A stretch of DNA of 47,675 nucleotides from Actinomycetota bacterium (GCA_013812235.1 JACCTU010000047.1:1-47675), one strand, 5' to 3'. Positions 10,797 through 19,060 are shown, counted from the stretch's first letter. Translations and numbers: made by a program. Notes: generated from the letters alone by a model not told the origin.

Positions 10797-11060
10797 CTAC
10801 CGGCTACGAACGGGTGCCGTCTTCCGCATGACGAACCCTGCCGCAACGAGCACGACACCCGCGGTCAAGATCCACGCGAGGTCGAGTCCCGTGAACGGGA
10901 GACCTGCCAGGCCGGCCGTCCCGCTTGCAGCGACGTCGCTCTGGGGCGCGCCGCCCTGACCGCCGTAGACATCCTGTGGCGGCTGCTGGGCAACCGCTAC
11001 CGCAGAACCCACAAGCAGCCAGACAAACGCCCCCATCCCGATACCAACCAGCTTCCGCAT
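10797..11060 (-). CDS. Miniature secreted protein with LPXTG-type sorting signal
   Basis: 87 aa. The signal peptide is MRKLVGIGMGAFVWLLVGSAVAVA|QQ. A Gly/Gln/Ala-rich segment of about 30 aa follows, then LPFTG, a hydrophobic helix (LDLAWILTAGVVLVAAGFV) and a basic tail (MRKTAPVRSR). A strong SD, AGGAGGGAG, lies 5 nt upstream of the ATG. Confidence 0.6.
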   Translation of the reverse strand: MRKLVGIGMGAFVWLLVGSAVAVAQQPPQDVYGGQGGAPQSDVAASGTAGLAGLPFTGLDLAWILTAGVVLVAAGFVMRKTAPVRSR

Positions 11061-11142
11061 TCCGACTCCCTCCTAGACGCCAACTCGTTTTGGCCTTGTC
11101 TCCAGTAGATGCCGCTTAGCCCGGGGCATTGCGGTGTGCTCT

Positions 11143-11168
11143 ATTTCCTGCTGGGCAGAGCAGGAAAT
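11143..11168. promoter_or_regulatory. 10-bp perfect palindrome ATTTCCTGCT-gggcag-AGCAGGAAAT in a locally AT-richer leader
   Basis: Read directly from the sequence. It lies 83-108 nt upstream of the LPXTG-protein start and has no adjacent T-tract, so an operator or RNA hairpin is more likely than a terminator. CTACGT boxes occur nearby at 11177 and 11211. Confidence 0.4.
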
Positions 11169-11280
11169 CCCCACTTCTACGTAGGTGAAAACCCCCGAGA
11201 AAGCAAGGCCCCTACGTGTTAGGAATCGCCGCCCTGAGTACCCTTCGCTGCAAACGGTGCCCCGGTTCGCCGTCCGACGG

Positions 11281-11468
11281 TCACCGTTCGCCCCCACGAT
11301 CGTCTCTCGGCCGAACATGCCCCGGAACTCCTCGCACAGGCTCTCGAGCTGTTTCTCGAGATGTCTGCGCGTGACGGGGTCGAACGCGGCGGTCACGAAC
11401 CTCATTCAAAGGCGCGCTGCGACGTCGTTGGGCATCGGACCGGTGAAGATCGTGGGGGCGAACGGTGA
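11281..11468. repeat. Perfect 21-bp inverted repeat bracketing a 146-bp segment
   Basis: The left arm TCACCGTTCGCCCCCACGATC (11281-11301) is the exact reverse complement of the right arm GATCGTGGGGGCGAACGGTGA (11448-11468). The pairing can be extended outward by GTCCG with a 4-nt bulge. The repeat sits between the stop of the Wzy/TPR gene and the LPXTG-protein gene. Confidence 0.8.
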
Positions 11469-11523
11469 CGGACACCGCGCGGACGGGCTAGTTGCGGAGA
11501 ACACGCTCGTCAAACCGTCCATG

Positions 11524-13506
11524 TCAGCGCGCGCGATCACGCGCCCGCTTGAGGAAGAACGCGTCGATCTCGGACGGTCTGACCCGCTCGCCGTCGCGGA
11601 TCATCCGGCGGACGATCCCGACCATCGGCTCGTCCGGGTTCAGCTCGGCGGCGAGGTCGAGCTCGCGGAGGGCCGCGCCACGCTCGCCGAGCTGCGCGTC
11701 GGCGAGTGCGAGTTCGAAGTGCGCGTACCAGCTCCACGGATTTCGCTCGAGGGAGCGTACGAACGCGGCACGCATCCGCTCCCAGTCACCCATGCGGCCC
11801 GCGATCACCCCTTCGACCTGGTCCGGACGATCGGTCAGAGGGTTCAGCGACCGCGCGCGGCCGAGCCGCTCGTAGGCGGCATGCGGGCTCTCCCGCCAGA
11901 CCGCAGATGCCCGCCGGGCCTCGACCGCGGCGAGCCAAGGCAAGAGCAGCGACAAGCCTGCGACGGTCGCCACCGGCACGAGTATCGCCCCACCCGCGAC
12001 ACCGAGCCGACGCGGCTCGCGCCCAGCGCTCTCCCGCAACCCGCCCGCGAGGGCGAGACACGCCAGCGCCGGCGCAGTCACCCCCGGAAACTGCCAGAAC
12101 CAGTCGACGGAAGCATGCGCGAGCCAGTACGCGAACGAGGCGATCGCGGCGCCAGCGAGGCCGACGCCGAACGTCGAGAGCTGCGCGCGGGCGAGCGCGA
12201 ACGCGCCCAGCGCGGCCGCCAAGGCGGCGAGGATCAGGGCCACGCCGACGATCCCCGTCTGCGACAGGATGTCGAGCTGGATGCTGTGTGAATACAGCGG
12301 CTCCTCGTCGCTTCGCCGCTCGCGCAGGTACGGGACAGCGAAGTTGTCGGCGCCGATGCCGACCACGGGCGACGACCGCGCTTCCCGGAGCGCGACTCGC
12401 CAGAAGTCGTAGCGGTTGCTCCCGAGCCCACTCGTCAGATGCAGCTCCGACGAGGGTGGAGGCGCGCCTCGGCGAAAGTCGTCCCACCCGCGTTCGAGCC
12501 ACCCGGACGGGCTGCTGACGACGAAGGCCGTAACGGTTGCGAGCACGGCGACGACGGCGGCCCCGGCAAGACCGATGCGACTCAGATTGCGAACGAGCCC
12601 CGCGGAGGGGTTGACGCGACGATCGACGACTGCGATCGCGAGTCCGACAACCGCGACCGCCGCGCCGGACGCGAGGACGACGGTCAGCGAATCCTGCAGC
12701 TCGCCGTCGAACCGAGGAGTGTCGAACGCCTCGTGGACATCCAGAAGCTGCGGCGCTGCGAGGGCGGTCGCGAGCGCGGCCGGCACGAGAGCAAGCAAAG
12801 CGCGCAGCCGCCCCGGCACGAGCGCGAGATAGACGATGAGCGCGATCGGGAGAGCAACGACCGAGCCGCGACTCTGGCTGAGGAACGCCAGCTCGAGCAG
12901 CACGACGGACACGCCGAAGAGCACCGCCCGCGCGGCTGGGTGTACCTCACGCCGAGCCGCGAGGTACGCCACCGGCCAGAGCGCGCCGAGCAGAATGGCA
13001 GCGGTCGCGTTGTAGTAGCCGGTCGGCTCCGCCAGCCGTCGACCGATGAAGGACGTCGTCGGATCCTCCGAAACGATCGCCGACGCCAGCGCGAAGACCA
13101 CAACACCCGCGATTGCGACGGACAGCGCTCCGAGGAGCACCGCGGCATGGCGGACACGCCACGGCCAGAGTGCGAACGCTGCGAAGACGACGAGGTACAG
13201 CAGCGTCCGGTTCGCACCCTCCCACGCGTCGCCGCGGACGTCTGCCCAGGCGATCGAGCAGAAGCTCCAGATAGTGAAGGCGGAGAAGCAGGCGAGTGCC
13301 AGGAGCGTGCGACGCGAGGGCGCGACACCGCCCCCCAACCACGCGACCACCATGAGCAGGGCGCCGATGAAGAGCGCAGCCGGCATCCACGCCGTGGCGG
13401 AATAGCCGCCGTCGCGCGTCGTCCAGAGCACGAAGATGAGGGCGGTGGGGACGCCTGCCGCCAGCGGCGCCACCATGCTCGCTGCCCGCCCAGGCGCCTC
13501 GGCCAC
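11524..13506 (-). CDS. O-antigen ligase/polymerase-family (Wzy_C-like) membrane protein with C-terminal TPR-like domain
   Basis: 660 aa with at least 10 TM helices and a Wzy_C-type loop (YSHSIQLDILSQTGIVGVALILA). The soluble C-terminal tail of about 130 aa contains TPR-like repeats (AYERLGRARSLNP...WYAHFELALADAQLGERGAALRELDLAAELNP). Confidence 0.8.
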   Translation of the reverse strand: MAEAPGRAASMVAPLAAGVPTALIFVLWTTRDGGYSATAWMPAALFIGALLMVVAWLGGGVAPSRRTLLALACFSAFTIWSFCSIAWADVRGDAWEGANRTLLYLVVFAAFALWPWRVRHAAVLLGALSVAIAGVVVFALASAIVSEDPTTSFIGRRLAEPTGYYNATAAILLGALWPVAYLAARREVHPAARAVLFGVSVVLLELAFLSQSRGSVVALPIALIVYLALVPGRLRALLALVPAALATALAAPQLLDVHEAFDTPRFDGELQDSLTVVLASGAAVAVVGLAIAVVDRRVNPSAGLVRNLSRIGLAGAAVVAVLATVTAFVVSSPSGWLERGWDDFRRGAPPPSSELHLTSGLGSNRYDFWRVALREARSSPVVGIGADNFAVPYLRERRSDEEPLYSHSIQLDILSQTGIVGVALILAALAAALGAFALARAQLSTFGVGLAGAAIASFAYWLAHASVDWFWQFPGVTAPALACLALAGGLRESAGREPRRLGVAGGAILVPVATVAGLSLLLPWLAAVEARRASAVWRESPHAAYERLGRARSLNPLTDRPDQVEGVIAGRMGDWERMRAAFVRSLERNPWSWYAHFELALADAQLGERGAALRELDLAAELNPDEPMVGIVRRMIRDGERVRPSEIDAFFLKRARDRAR

Positions 13507-13538
13507 GGGGCAACCGTACCGCCATGGGCCAGGCTCTC

Positions 13539-14255
13539 CTAACGAGAAGGAACAGCGTCGCCGGCCACGATCGCCGCGGGCACGTCTTCAGTGAGGTGTC
13601 GCGCGAGCGCAGCGTCGCCGACCGCAGCTGTCGCCTTTGCGAGACCCGCCTCGCGAATGTGCGGCCCGTGCGCGTCGCTTGCGATCACGTCGACGAGGCC
13701 GAGCCCGAGTAGTCGCTCAGCGGTCAGCTTCGCGGCAGGGCCGAGGCGACCGTCGAGCGAAGCCGCCGTGATCTGCACGAGCGCCCCTTGGTCGACGAGC
13801 TCGCGGAGCACGGCCGGACGATCCTGGACCTCCGGGTTCCTCTCGGGATGCCCGAGCAACGGCACGATCCCCTGTGAGCGTAGAAGGCTCATCGCCCCCG
13901 CGAAGCCGTGCGGCCAGCCCCGGTACGGGAACTCGACGAGCACGTAGCGCCCCGTTTGGGCCAGCGTCAGCCGCGCCAGCTCCTCGGGCGGGATCTCGAA
14001 CAGCCGCCCCAGCTCGACCTCGGCGCCGTGGAGCACCTCAACCGCGATCGCCTGCTCGGCGAAGTCGCGACGCAGAGCGTCCACCTCGAACTCCATCCGC
14101 GCGGCGCGCGTCGGGTAGTCCGTCCGGACATGCGGTGTCGCAGCGATCATCCGTACGCCCTCGGAGGCCGCGTGGCGAGCCATGGAGCGTGAATCTTCGA
14201 GCGAGCGGGCGCCGTCGTCGATTTCCGGAAGGATGTGGCAGTGGAGATCGATCAT
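13539..14255 (-). CDS. PHP-family protein-tyrosine phosphatase (CpsB/YwqE type)
   Basis: 238 aa from the internal ATG. MIDLHCHILPEIDDGARSLEDSRSMARHAASEGVRMIAATPH... matches the CpsB N-terminus, and later H/D metal-ligand motifs are present (GHPERN, VIASDAHG). The upstream part of the track ORF is junk. Confidence 0.85.
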   Translation of the reverse strand: MIDLHCHILPEIDDGARSLEDSRSMARHAASEGVRMIAATPHVRTDYPTRAARMEFEVDALRRDFAEQAIAVEVLHGAEVELGRLFEIPPEELARLTLAQTGRYVLVEFPYRGWPHGFAGAMSLLRSQGIVPLLGHPERNPEVQDRPAVLRELVDQGALVQITAASLDGRLGPAAKLTAERLLGLGLVDVIASDAHGPHIREAGLAKATAAVGDAALARHLTEDVPAAIVAGDAVPSR

Positions 14256-15336
14256 GTCTGAGCTGTCTGGCCCGTCAGATGGCGCCTCGCTTGGCTGGGC
14301 GCGACGCCAGCTGCTCGGACTCATGCTGGTCGCGGCAGCGATCCCGTGCACGGTCGTTGCGGCAACTGTCGTGCCGAAGGCGCCCCCGGCCGTCGGTGTG
14401 CAGTTCCACTGCACGTGGACCGACTACACGAACAGCACGCGGACGAGCGTCGCGGATCGGCTGCGCGCGGCCTCTGTGCAGTGGGTCCGCATCGACGTGG
14501 GCTGGAAGTCGCTTCGTCCCCGGCGCGGCTCGATCGGCCGCGCGTACCAGACCCGCCTCGACAACTGTGTCGACCTCGCGCGCCGACGCGGCTTTCGCGT
14601 GCTGCTCACGCTCGGGTGGACGCCGCGCTGGGCGAGCGCAGACGGCGACGACCGCTCTCCGCCGACTCAGGCGCGGGACTACGCAGCGATCGCCCAGTGG
14701 CTCGCTCGCCGCTACCGCGGTCGCGTCGCCGCGTACGAGGTCTGGAACGAGCCGAACCTGACCGACTTCTGGACGGGTACGGTCGAGGACTACGTTCGTG
14801 TGCTGCGCGCGGCCTATCCTGCGTTCAAGCGCGGCGACCGCAAAGCGCTTGTCGTCTTCGGCGGCCCCTCCGGGAACGACGACGTGTTCATCCGTCGCGC
14901 CTACGCCGCAGGTGCGCGGGGCTCGTTCGACGTCATGGCGACGCATCCCTACCAGGGGTCGGCCGACGCGCCGCCCGAGTACGTCGACGACGGGGAGCGC
15001 TGGTGGCTGACCCACGTACCTTCGGTCAGGCGGGCGATGATCGACGCCGGCGACGCCAAGAAGCCGATCTGGTTCACCGAGACAGGGTGGTCCGCTCACG
15101 CGAATGACCCCGACACCGCACGCTGGCGACTGGGCGTCGACGAGCGGATCCAGGCGGACTACGCAACGCGCATGCTCCGGCTTGTGCGGACGACCTACCC
15201 CTACGTCACCCATGTCTTCTGGTACAGCGAATGGGCGCGCCTCGAAGGTGAGGACGTGCACCTGCGCGGGTTCGGGCTCCTGAGGCCTGACCTCTCGCCG
15301 CGACCCGTGTACGACGCCCTCAAGAACCGTCCTTAG
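14254..15336 (+). CDS. Secreted clan GH-A glycoside hydrolase (GH5/GH39-like), Tat-type signal
   Basis: Starts at MSELSG...ARRQLLGLMLVAAAI, which includes a twin-arginine motif. The (beta/alpha)8 catalytic signatures are YEVWNEPNL (acid/base) and PIWFTETGWSAH (nucleophile). It is a paralogue of 27058-28353. Confidence 0.75.
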   Translation: MSELSGPSDGASLGWARRQLLGLMLVAAAIPCTVVAATVVPKAPPAVGVQFHCTWTDYTNSTRTSVADRLRAASVQWVRIDVGWKSLRPRRGSIGRAYQTRLDNCVDLARRRGFRVLLTLGWTPRWASADGDDRSPPTQARDYAAIAQWLARRYRGRVAAYEVWNEPNLTDFWTGTVEDYVRVLRAAYPAFKRGDRKALVVFGGPSGNDDVFIRRAYAAGARGSFDVMATHPYQGSADAPPEYVDDGERWWLTHVPSVRRAMIDAGDAKKPIWFTETGWSAHANDPDTARWRLGVDERIQADYATRMLRLVRTTYPYVTHVFWYSEWARLEGEDVHLRGFGLLRPDLSPRPVYDALKNRP

Positions 15337-16406
15337 GGGCACTCGAGCAGCTTTCGGAGTATCGGTACCGCAACGCGTGTTGCGCTGTTCTCATCGGAGA
15401 CGAGTGCGTGATGGTGCAGTCCCGGCAACGCGTTCACCTCGAGCACTACACCGCCGGTCGTTGCGAGCGGCTCCGTGACCGACCGTGCGATGAGGTCGAC
15501 TCCGGCGAGGCGCAGCCCCACGGCCTTTGCTGACGCGACGACCGCGGCGCGGACGTCCGGGTGCAGCTCGTGCACGGTGTGGTTCTCGTGCGCGGCATTC
15601 TGGTTCGTCGCCGTCTTGACGGCGATAGTCGTCCCCGCGGGAAGAACCGAACGCGGGCCGAGGCCAGCAGCGCGCAGGGTGAAGAGCATCTCGTGGTCGA
15701 TCCTAAGGAGCCACAGACCCGCTTGCCCGCGCGCAGCCAGCCGACGATCGTTCTCGGTCGCAACGAGCTGAGCGATCGTCGAGCGGCCGTCACCGGTCAC
15801 GCGCGGCGCCTCCCGGCGAACGGCTCCGATCACCTCGCCGTCCAGCACGAGAATCCGGAACGATTCCCCCGGCACCTCCAGTTCGACGAGGACGCGTTCC
15901 GAGAATCGCCGGGCGACCAACCGAGCACGGCGGAGCTGAGCGGGTGTCCGCACGCCGCAGGTCACTCCCGCGCCAACTCCCGCGTCGGCCGGCTTGACGA
16001 CCCAAGGGCACGGACCGAGCGCCGGGAGGCCCGCCGTTCCTGTGCGCCCGAGCTCAACGTGCGTCGGAACCGGGAGACCTCTGGCCGCCAGCATGCGGTG
16101 AACGAGTGGCTTGTCGAAGGAAACCTCGATTGCGGCCGCGTCGTCCAGCGAAACTACCTCCTGCTGCACGAGCGTCGACCGCCCACCCAGGCTGACCTCG
16201 AGGACTCCCGACCCTCCGTCCATCACGTCTGCGCCGACCTCGGCCGCGGCGTCCTCCCAGAGCCCGCGGTAGATGTGCGCCCGGTAGGTCCGAAGCAGCT
16301 CGAGTCCGGCGAGGCTTCGGAGCACGACCCGAGCGCTCCGTGGACCGACCGACCGGAGCAGATCGAGCCGGACGAGCAGATCGCGTGCGGGCGCGGAAAG
16401 CGTCAC
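15333..16406 (-). CDS. Stand-alone ATP-grasp ligase resembling the N-terminal ATP-grasp module of cyanophycin synthetase
   Basis: 357 aa. The pattern is VVKPADAGVGAGV...FRILVLDGEVIGAVRRE.PRVTGDGRSTIAQLV..EN..R......LRID......L...G....SVLPAG..I.VKTATNQNAAHEN..V..ELHPD......SAKAVGLRLAGVDLI.......PL...GGVVLEVNALPGLHHH. There are no Mur-ligase domains. A 4-nt overlap joins it to the flippase gene. Confidence 0.75.
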   Translation of the reverse strand: MTLSAPARDLLVRLDLLRSVGPRSARVVLRSLAGLELLRTYRAHIYRGLWEDAAAEVGADVMDGGSGVLEVSLGGRSTLVQQEVVSLDDAAAIEVSFDKPLVHRMLAARGLPVPTHVELGRTGTAGLPALGPCPWVVKPADAGVGAGVTCGVRTPAQLRRARLVARRFSERVLVELEVPGESFRILVLDGEVIGAVRREAPRVTGDGRSTIAQLVATENDRRLAARGQAGLWLLRIDHEMLFTLRAAGLGPRSVLPAGTTIAVKTATNQNAAHENHTVHELHPDVRAAVVASAKAVGLRLAGVDLIARSVTEPLATTGGVVLEVNALPGLHHHALVSDENSATRVAVPILRKLLECP

Positions 16407-17878
16407 GGTCCGGCGCCGTCGATGTCGGATTCCAGTGCCGTCGGCGCTGCCGCCGGGCGGCGACGCAGCAGCTCGAAGAATCCGTGTGCATCCTCCGGGA
16501 ACGCTCGTCGCTCATAAGAGGCGAGCACGCCGACATACACAGCGGCGGCGCTTGCGAGCGCGAGAAGCGGGCGGTCGACCAGCGCGATCATCGTCGCGGC
16601 GCATGCCGTCCCTGCGATCGCCGCGCCGCTGAGCATTCTTCGCCAGTGGAGGTCCCCGCAGATGCGTCCGGAGACGATGAGGAGGGGAATCGCCGCGAGG
16701 AACTGCGAGACCGATGTCCCGAGCGCCGCGCCGTCGAGCGACAGCCAGGGAATGAGGAAGAAGTTGCAGAGAATGTTCTGAAGCGCGACGACGCCGAGCA
16801 CGATCGTCAAGACACGCTGCCTGTCCCGCGCGACGCAGAGCAGGCCGGCGAGGTACGCAACCGGGTAGAGCGGGATCGCAGGGGCAAGCAGCCGTAGCGC
16901 ATTCGCTGCCTCGTCATAGTCGGCGCCGTACAAGAGCTCGACGATCGGTTCCGCGAGCACGGCGGCGCACAGCGCGAGGGGCAGGGTCGCAAGGATCGAG
17001 AACTTGATCGCACGTTCGAACACCGCGCCGACGGGCGGACTCGTCGTCGGGGTCAGCCGTGAGAACACGGGATACACTGCCGCGCCGATGCTCCAACCGA
17101 CGAAGAGTGTCGCCTCGAAGAGCCGGTACGCCGCGCCGTAGTTACCAACGACGTCCTCCGACTCGAACGCCGCGAGCATCGCCGTGTCGACGCGGAACAA
17201 CACCGTGCCGAACACGCCCGCGAGACCGATCGGAAGAGCGGCACGCATGAGCGGCCGCCAGACGCCGACGTCGAGCTCGAGTTGCGGGCGCACGACGTAC
17301 CGGAAGAGCAGCGCGAGCGTGAACACGAAGGCGAAGAGCGCGCCTGCGAGATAGATGGCCGAGACTGCGACCACGCCTGCCCCGAGCAGCAGAGCAACGA
17401 CGCCGACGATCGTCGTCAAGAACCGCTGAGCGCTCAGGGCGATCGGGATGAAGACGAGCCGTTCGTGCGCCTCGAAGACCGCGAAGCACGTGCCGCGCAA
17501 CAGCTCGGCGACGACCGCAGTACCTAGGAGCGCCACAACGAGCACCGCCTCTTGGTTGCTCGTCGCCGAGGCATAGGCGAGCGCGAGCCCCAGCGCGGGA
17601 ACCGCGAGGATCAGCTTGAGCGCGATGTTGTTGGCGAACTGGCGATCGACCTCGGCACGGTTTCTCGCAACTTCCCGCGTCAGGACGGAGTTCTGACCGA
17701 AGTCGGCCAGCACGGTCACGAGCGTCACAAGGGCCAGCGCGAACGTGAAGACGCCGAAGTCCTCGTCACCGAGCTTGCGGGCCATGACGATGAAGAGCAC
17801 CGTCGTCGCCACCTTCGAAGCGAGGTCCGCGACGCCACGGTAGGCCGTGTTTGCGAAGATCCGGCGCCCCGTGCTCAT
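16403..17878 (-). CDS. Wzx-type oligosaccharide flippase (MOP superfamily polysaccharide biosynthesis protein)
   Basis: 491 aa with about 14 TM helices and a typical N-terminus (NTAYRGVADLASKVATTVLFIVMARKLGDEDFGVFTFALA). Confidence 0.85.
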   Translation of the reverse strand: MSTGRRIFANTAYRGVADLASKVATTVLFIVMARKLGDEDFGVFTFALALVTLVTVLADFGQNSVLTREVARNRAEVDRQFANNIALKLILAVPALGLALAYASATSNQEAVLVVALLGTAVVAELLRGTCFAVFEAHERLVFIPIALSAQRFLTTIVGVVALLLGAGVVAVSAIYLAGALFAFVFTLALLFRYVVRPQLELDVGVWRPLMRAALPIGLAGVFGTVLFRVDTAMLAAFESEDVVGNYGAAYRLFEATLFVGWSIGAAVYPVFSRLTPTTSPPVGAVFERAIKFSILATLPLALCAAVLAEPIVELLYGADYDEAANALRLLAPAIPLYPVAYLAGLLCVARDRQRVLTIVLGVVALQNILCNFFLIPWLSLDGAALGTSVSQFLAAIPLLIVSGRICGDLHWRRMLSGAAIAGTACAATMIALVDRPLLALASAAAVYVGVLASYERRAFPEDAHGFFELLRRRPAAAPTALESDIDGAGP

Positions 17879-18999
17879 CGATCGCCTCTTCGCAGCACGC
17901 GCTTCAACAGGGTCTTCTGCCGGTCAGGGATCCGTTCCGCTGCGAAGCGGCGGAGACGCTTCGCGCGGACGACGCCTCTCGTCCGGACAGCACCGCGTCC
18001 CGCCGGTATTACGTGTGCCCACCGCAGAAGCTGCTCGCTCTCCGCCCAGCGCCGCTTGAAGCCCTGTGCACCGGGACCGAAGTCGACGCAGCGCTCCCCA
18101 CGTACAAACGCATCGCGTACCGCCTCGTCGAGGCACAGGATCGACGGCTCGCAGTCCGCGAACGCGTCGTCGAAGCCGCCGAGCCACGAAGAGACCGTCC
18201 CACCGGCGGCAAGAAGGATCTCGGCGGCGACGATCCGCCCGCCGGCCTCGATCACCCAGACCCGCAGGTGCTCTGGGGCGAGCGTCCGAGGCAGCTCTTC
18301 GACCATTCGCTCGACGCCCGGCGACAGAGCGCCCGTTCCGCCCCTGCTGTTCCACCGCGCGTGATGAAGCTCGACGAACGCCCCAAGCGCATTTGCGAGG
18401 TCTGCCGGCTCGACCAGGATCGGCCCCCTACCTCCGACGTCGTCCAGCCGGCGACGCCGTCTACGCATGGCCTTTCGGTACTTGGAGCTCTGCGACGCGA
18501 TCCAGGCGACGTGGTCGCGACCGGCGATGTCGAGGAGGGGCGCCGCCGTCCTGCGCTCGTCGTCCACAGCGGGCCGCTTACCCCCCGGCCAGGATTCGCG
18601 CAGCAGGTCCGGCCACGGAGAGTCGTGAGGCACTCCCTCGAAGGCGACGGCGATCGGCACCTCGGTCGACTCCGCAAGGACGCGTGCCAAAGCGTCCGCC
18701 ACCTCGCGCTCCCGCCCGGATCGCGCCACCGGCTCGACGGAGGTCGACGTGCCGGAAGCGAGGAACCGCAGCCACCGTCCGCCGGGGACCGGCTCGTAGA
18801 GCGGAGCGACTCCGATCAGGTCGTCGCCGTCGTAGACGAGCACGGTGCGTAGGCGTGCCCCCTCAGGCGAGGCATTCCGCCACCACGGCAGCATCCAACC
18901 GGAGAGCGCATACGGCCGCCCGGCCGCGATGGCCAGCTCGTCCCACTGCGAACGGGCAGACTCGAGTTTGGCGACGTCCTCGACGAGCTCCCCGCGCAC
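17875..18999 (-). CDS. CelD/BcsL-like GNAT-fold acyltransferase (FemAB-like, Acetyltransf_6 type)
   Basis: 374 aa with a GTG start. The N-terminus (LESARSQWDELAIAAGRPYALSGWMLPWW...VLVYDGDDLIGVAPLY) and C-terminus (ILCLDEAVRDAFVRGERCVDFGPGAQGFKRRWA) follow the CelD family layout. It is a paralogue of 19819-20913. Confidence 0.75.
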   Translation of the reverse strand: MRGELVEDVAKLESARSQWDELAIAAGRPYALSGWMLPWWRNASPEGARLRTVLVYDGDDLIGVAPLYEPVPGGRWLRFLASGTSTSVEPVARSGREREVADALARVLAESTEVPIAVAFEGVPHDSPWPDLLRESWPGGKRPAVDDERRTAAPLLDIAGRDHVAWIASQSSKYRKAMRRRRRRLDDVGGRGPILVEPADLANALGAFVELHHARWNSRGGTGALSPGVERMVEELPRTLAPEHLRVWVIEAGGRIVAAEILLAAGGTVSSWLGGFDDAFADCEPSILCLDEAVRDAFVRGERCVDFGPGAQGFKRRWAESEQLLRWAHVIPAGRGAVRTRGVVRAKRLRRFAAERIPDRQKTLLKRVLRRGDR

Positions 19000-19060
19000 G
19001 GGATGCGAGTGTACGGCACGTCCTGCGAGCTCCCTGCTCTGGCTCTGCGACGATCCGGAG

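Noticed and set aside
11073-11405. 110-aa ORF (MRFVTAAFDPVTRRHLEKQL...) as an intact gene
   Set aside because: Only the first 35-40 codons look like coding sequence. After it crosses the left arm of the 21-bp inverted repeat, the sequence becomes junk and runs through the palindromic leader region. It is treated as a gene fragment within the repeat finding rather than as a CDS.
11281-11468. Interpretation of the inverted-repeat unit as an IS element or MITE
   Set aside because: There is no transposase in or near it. At 188 bp it would be MITE-sized, but the only possible target duplication is an ambiguous CGG, and no second copy exists in this window. Mobility cannot be supported without a genome-wide copy count.
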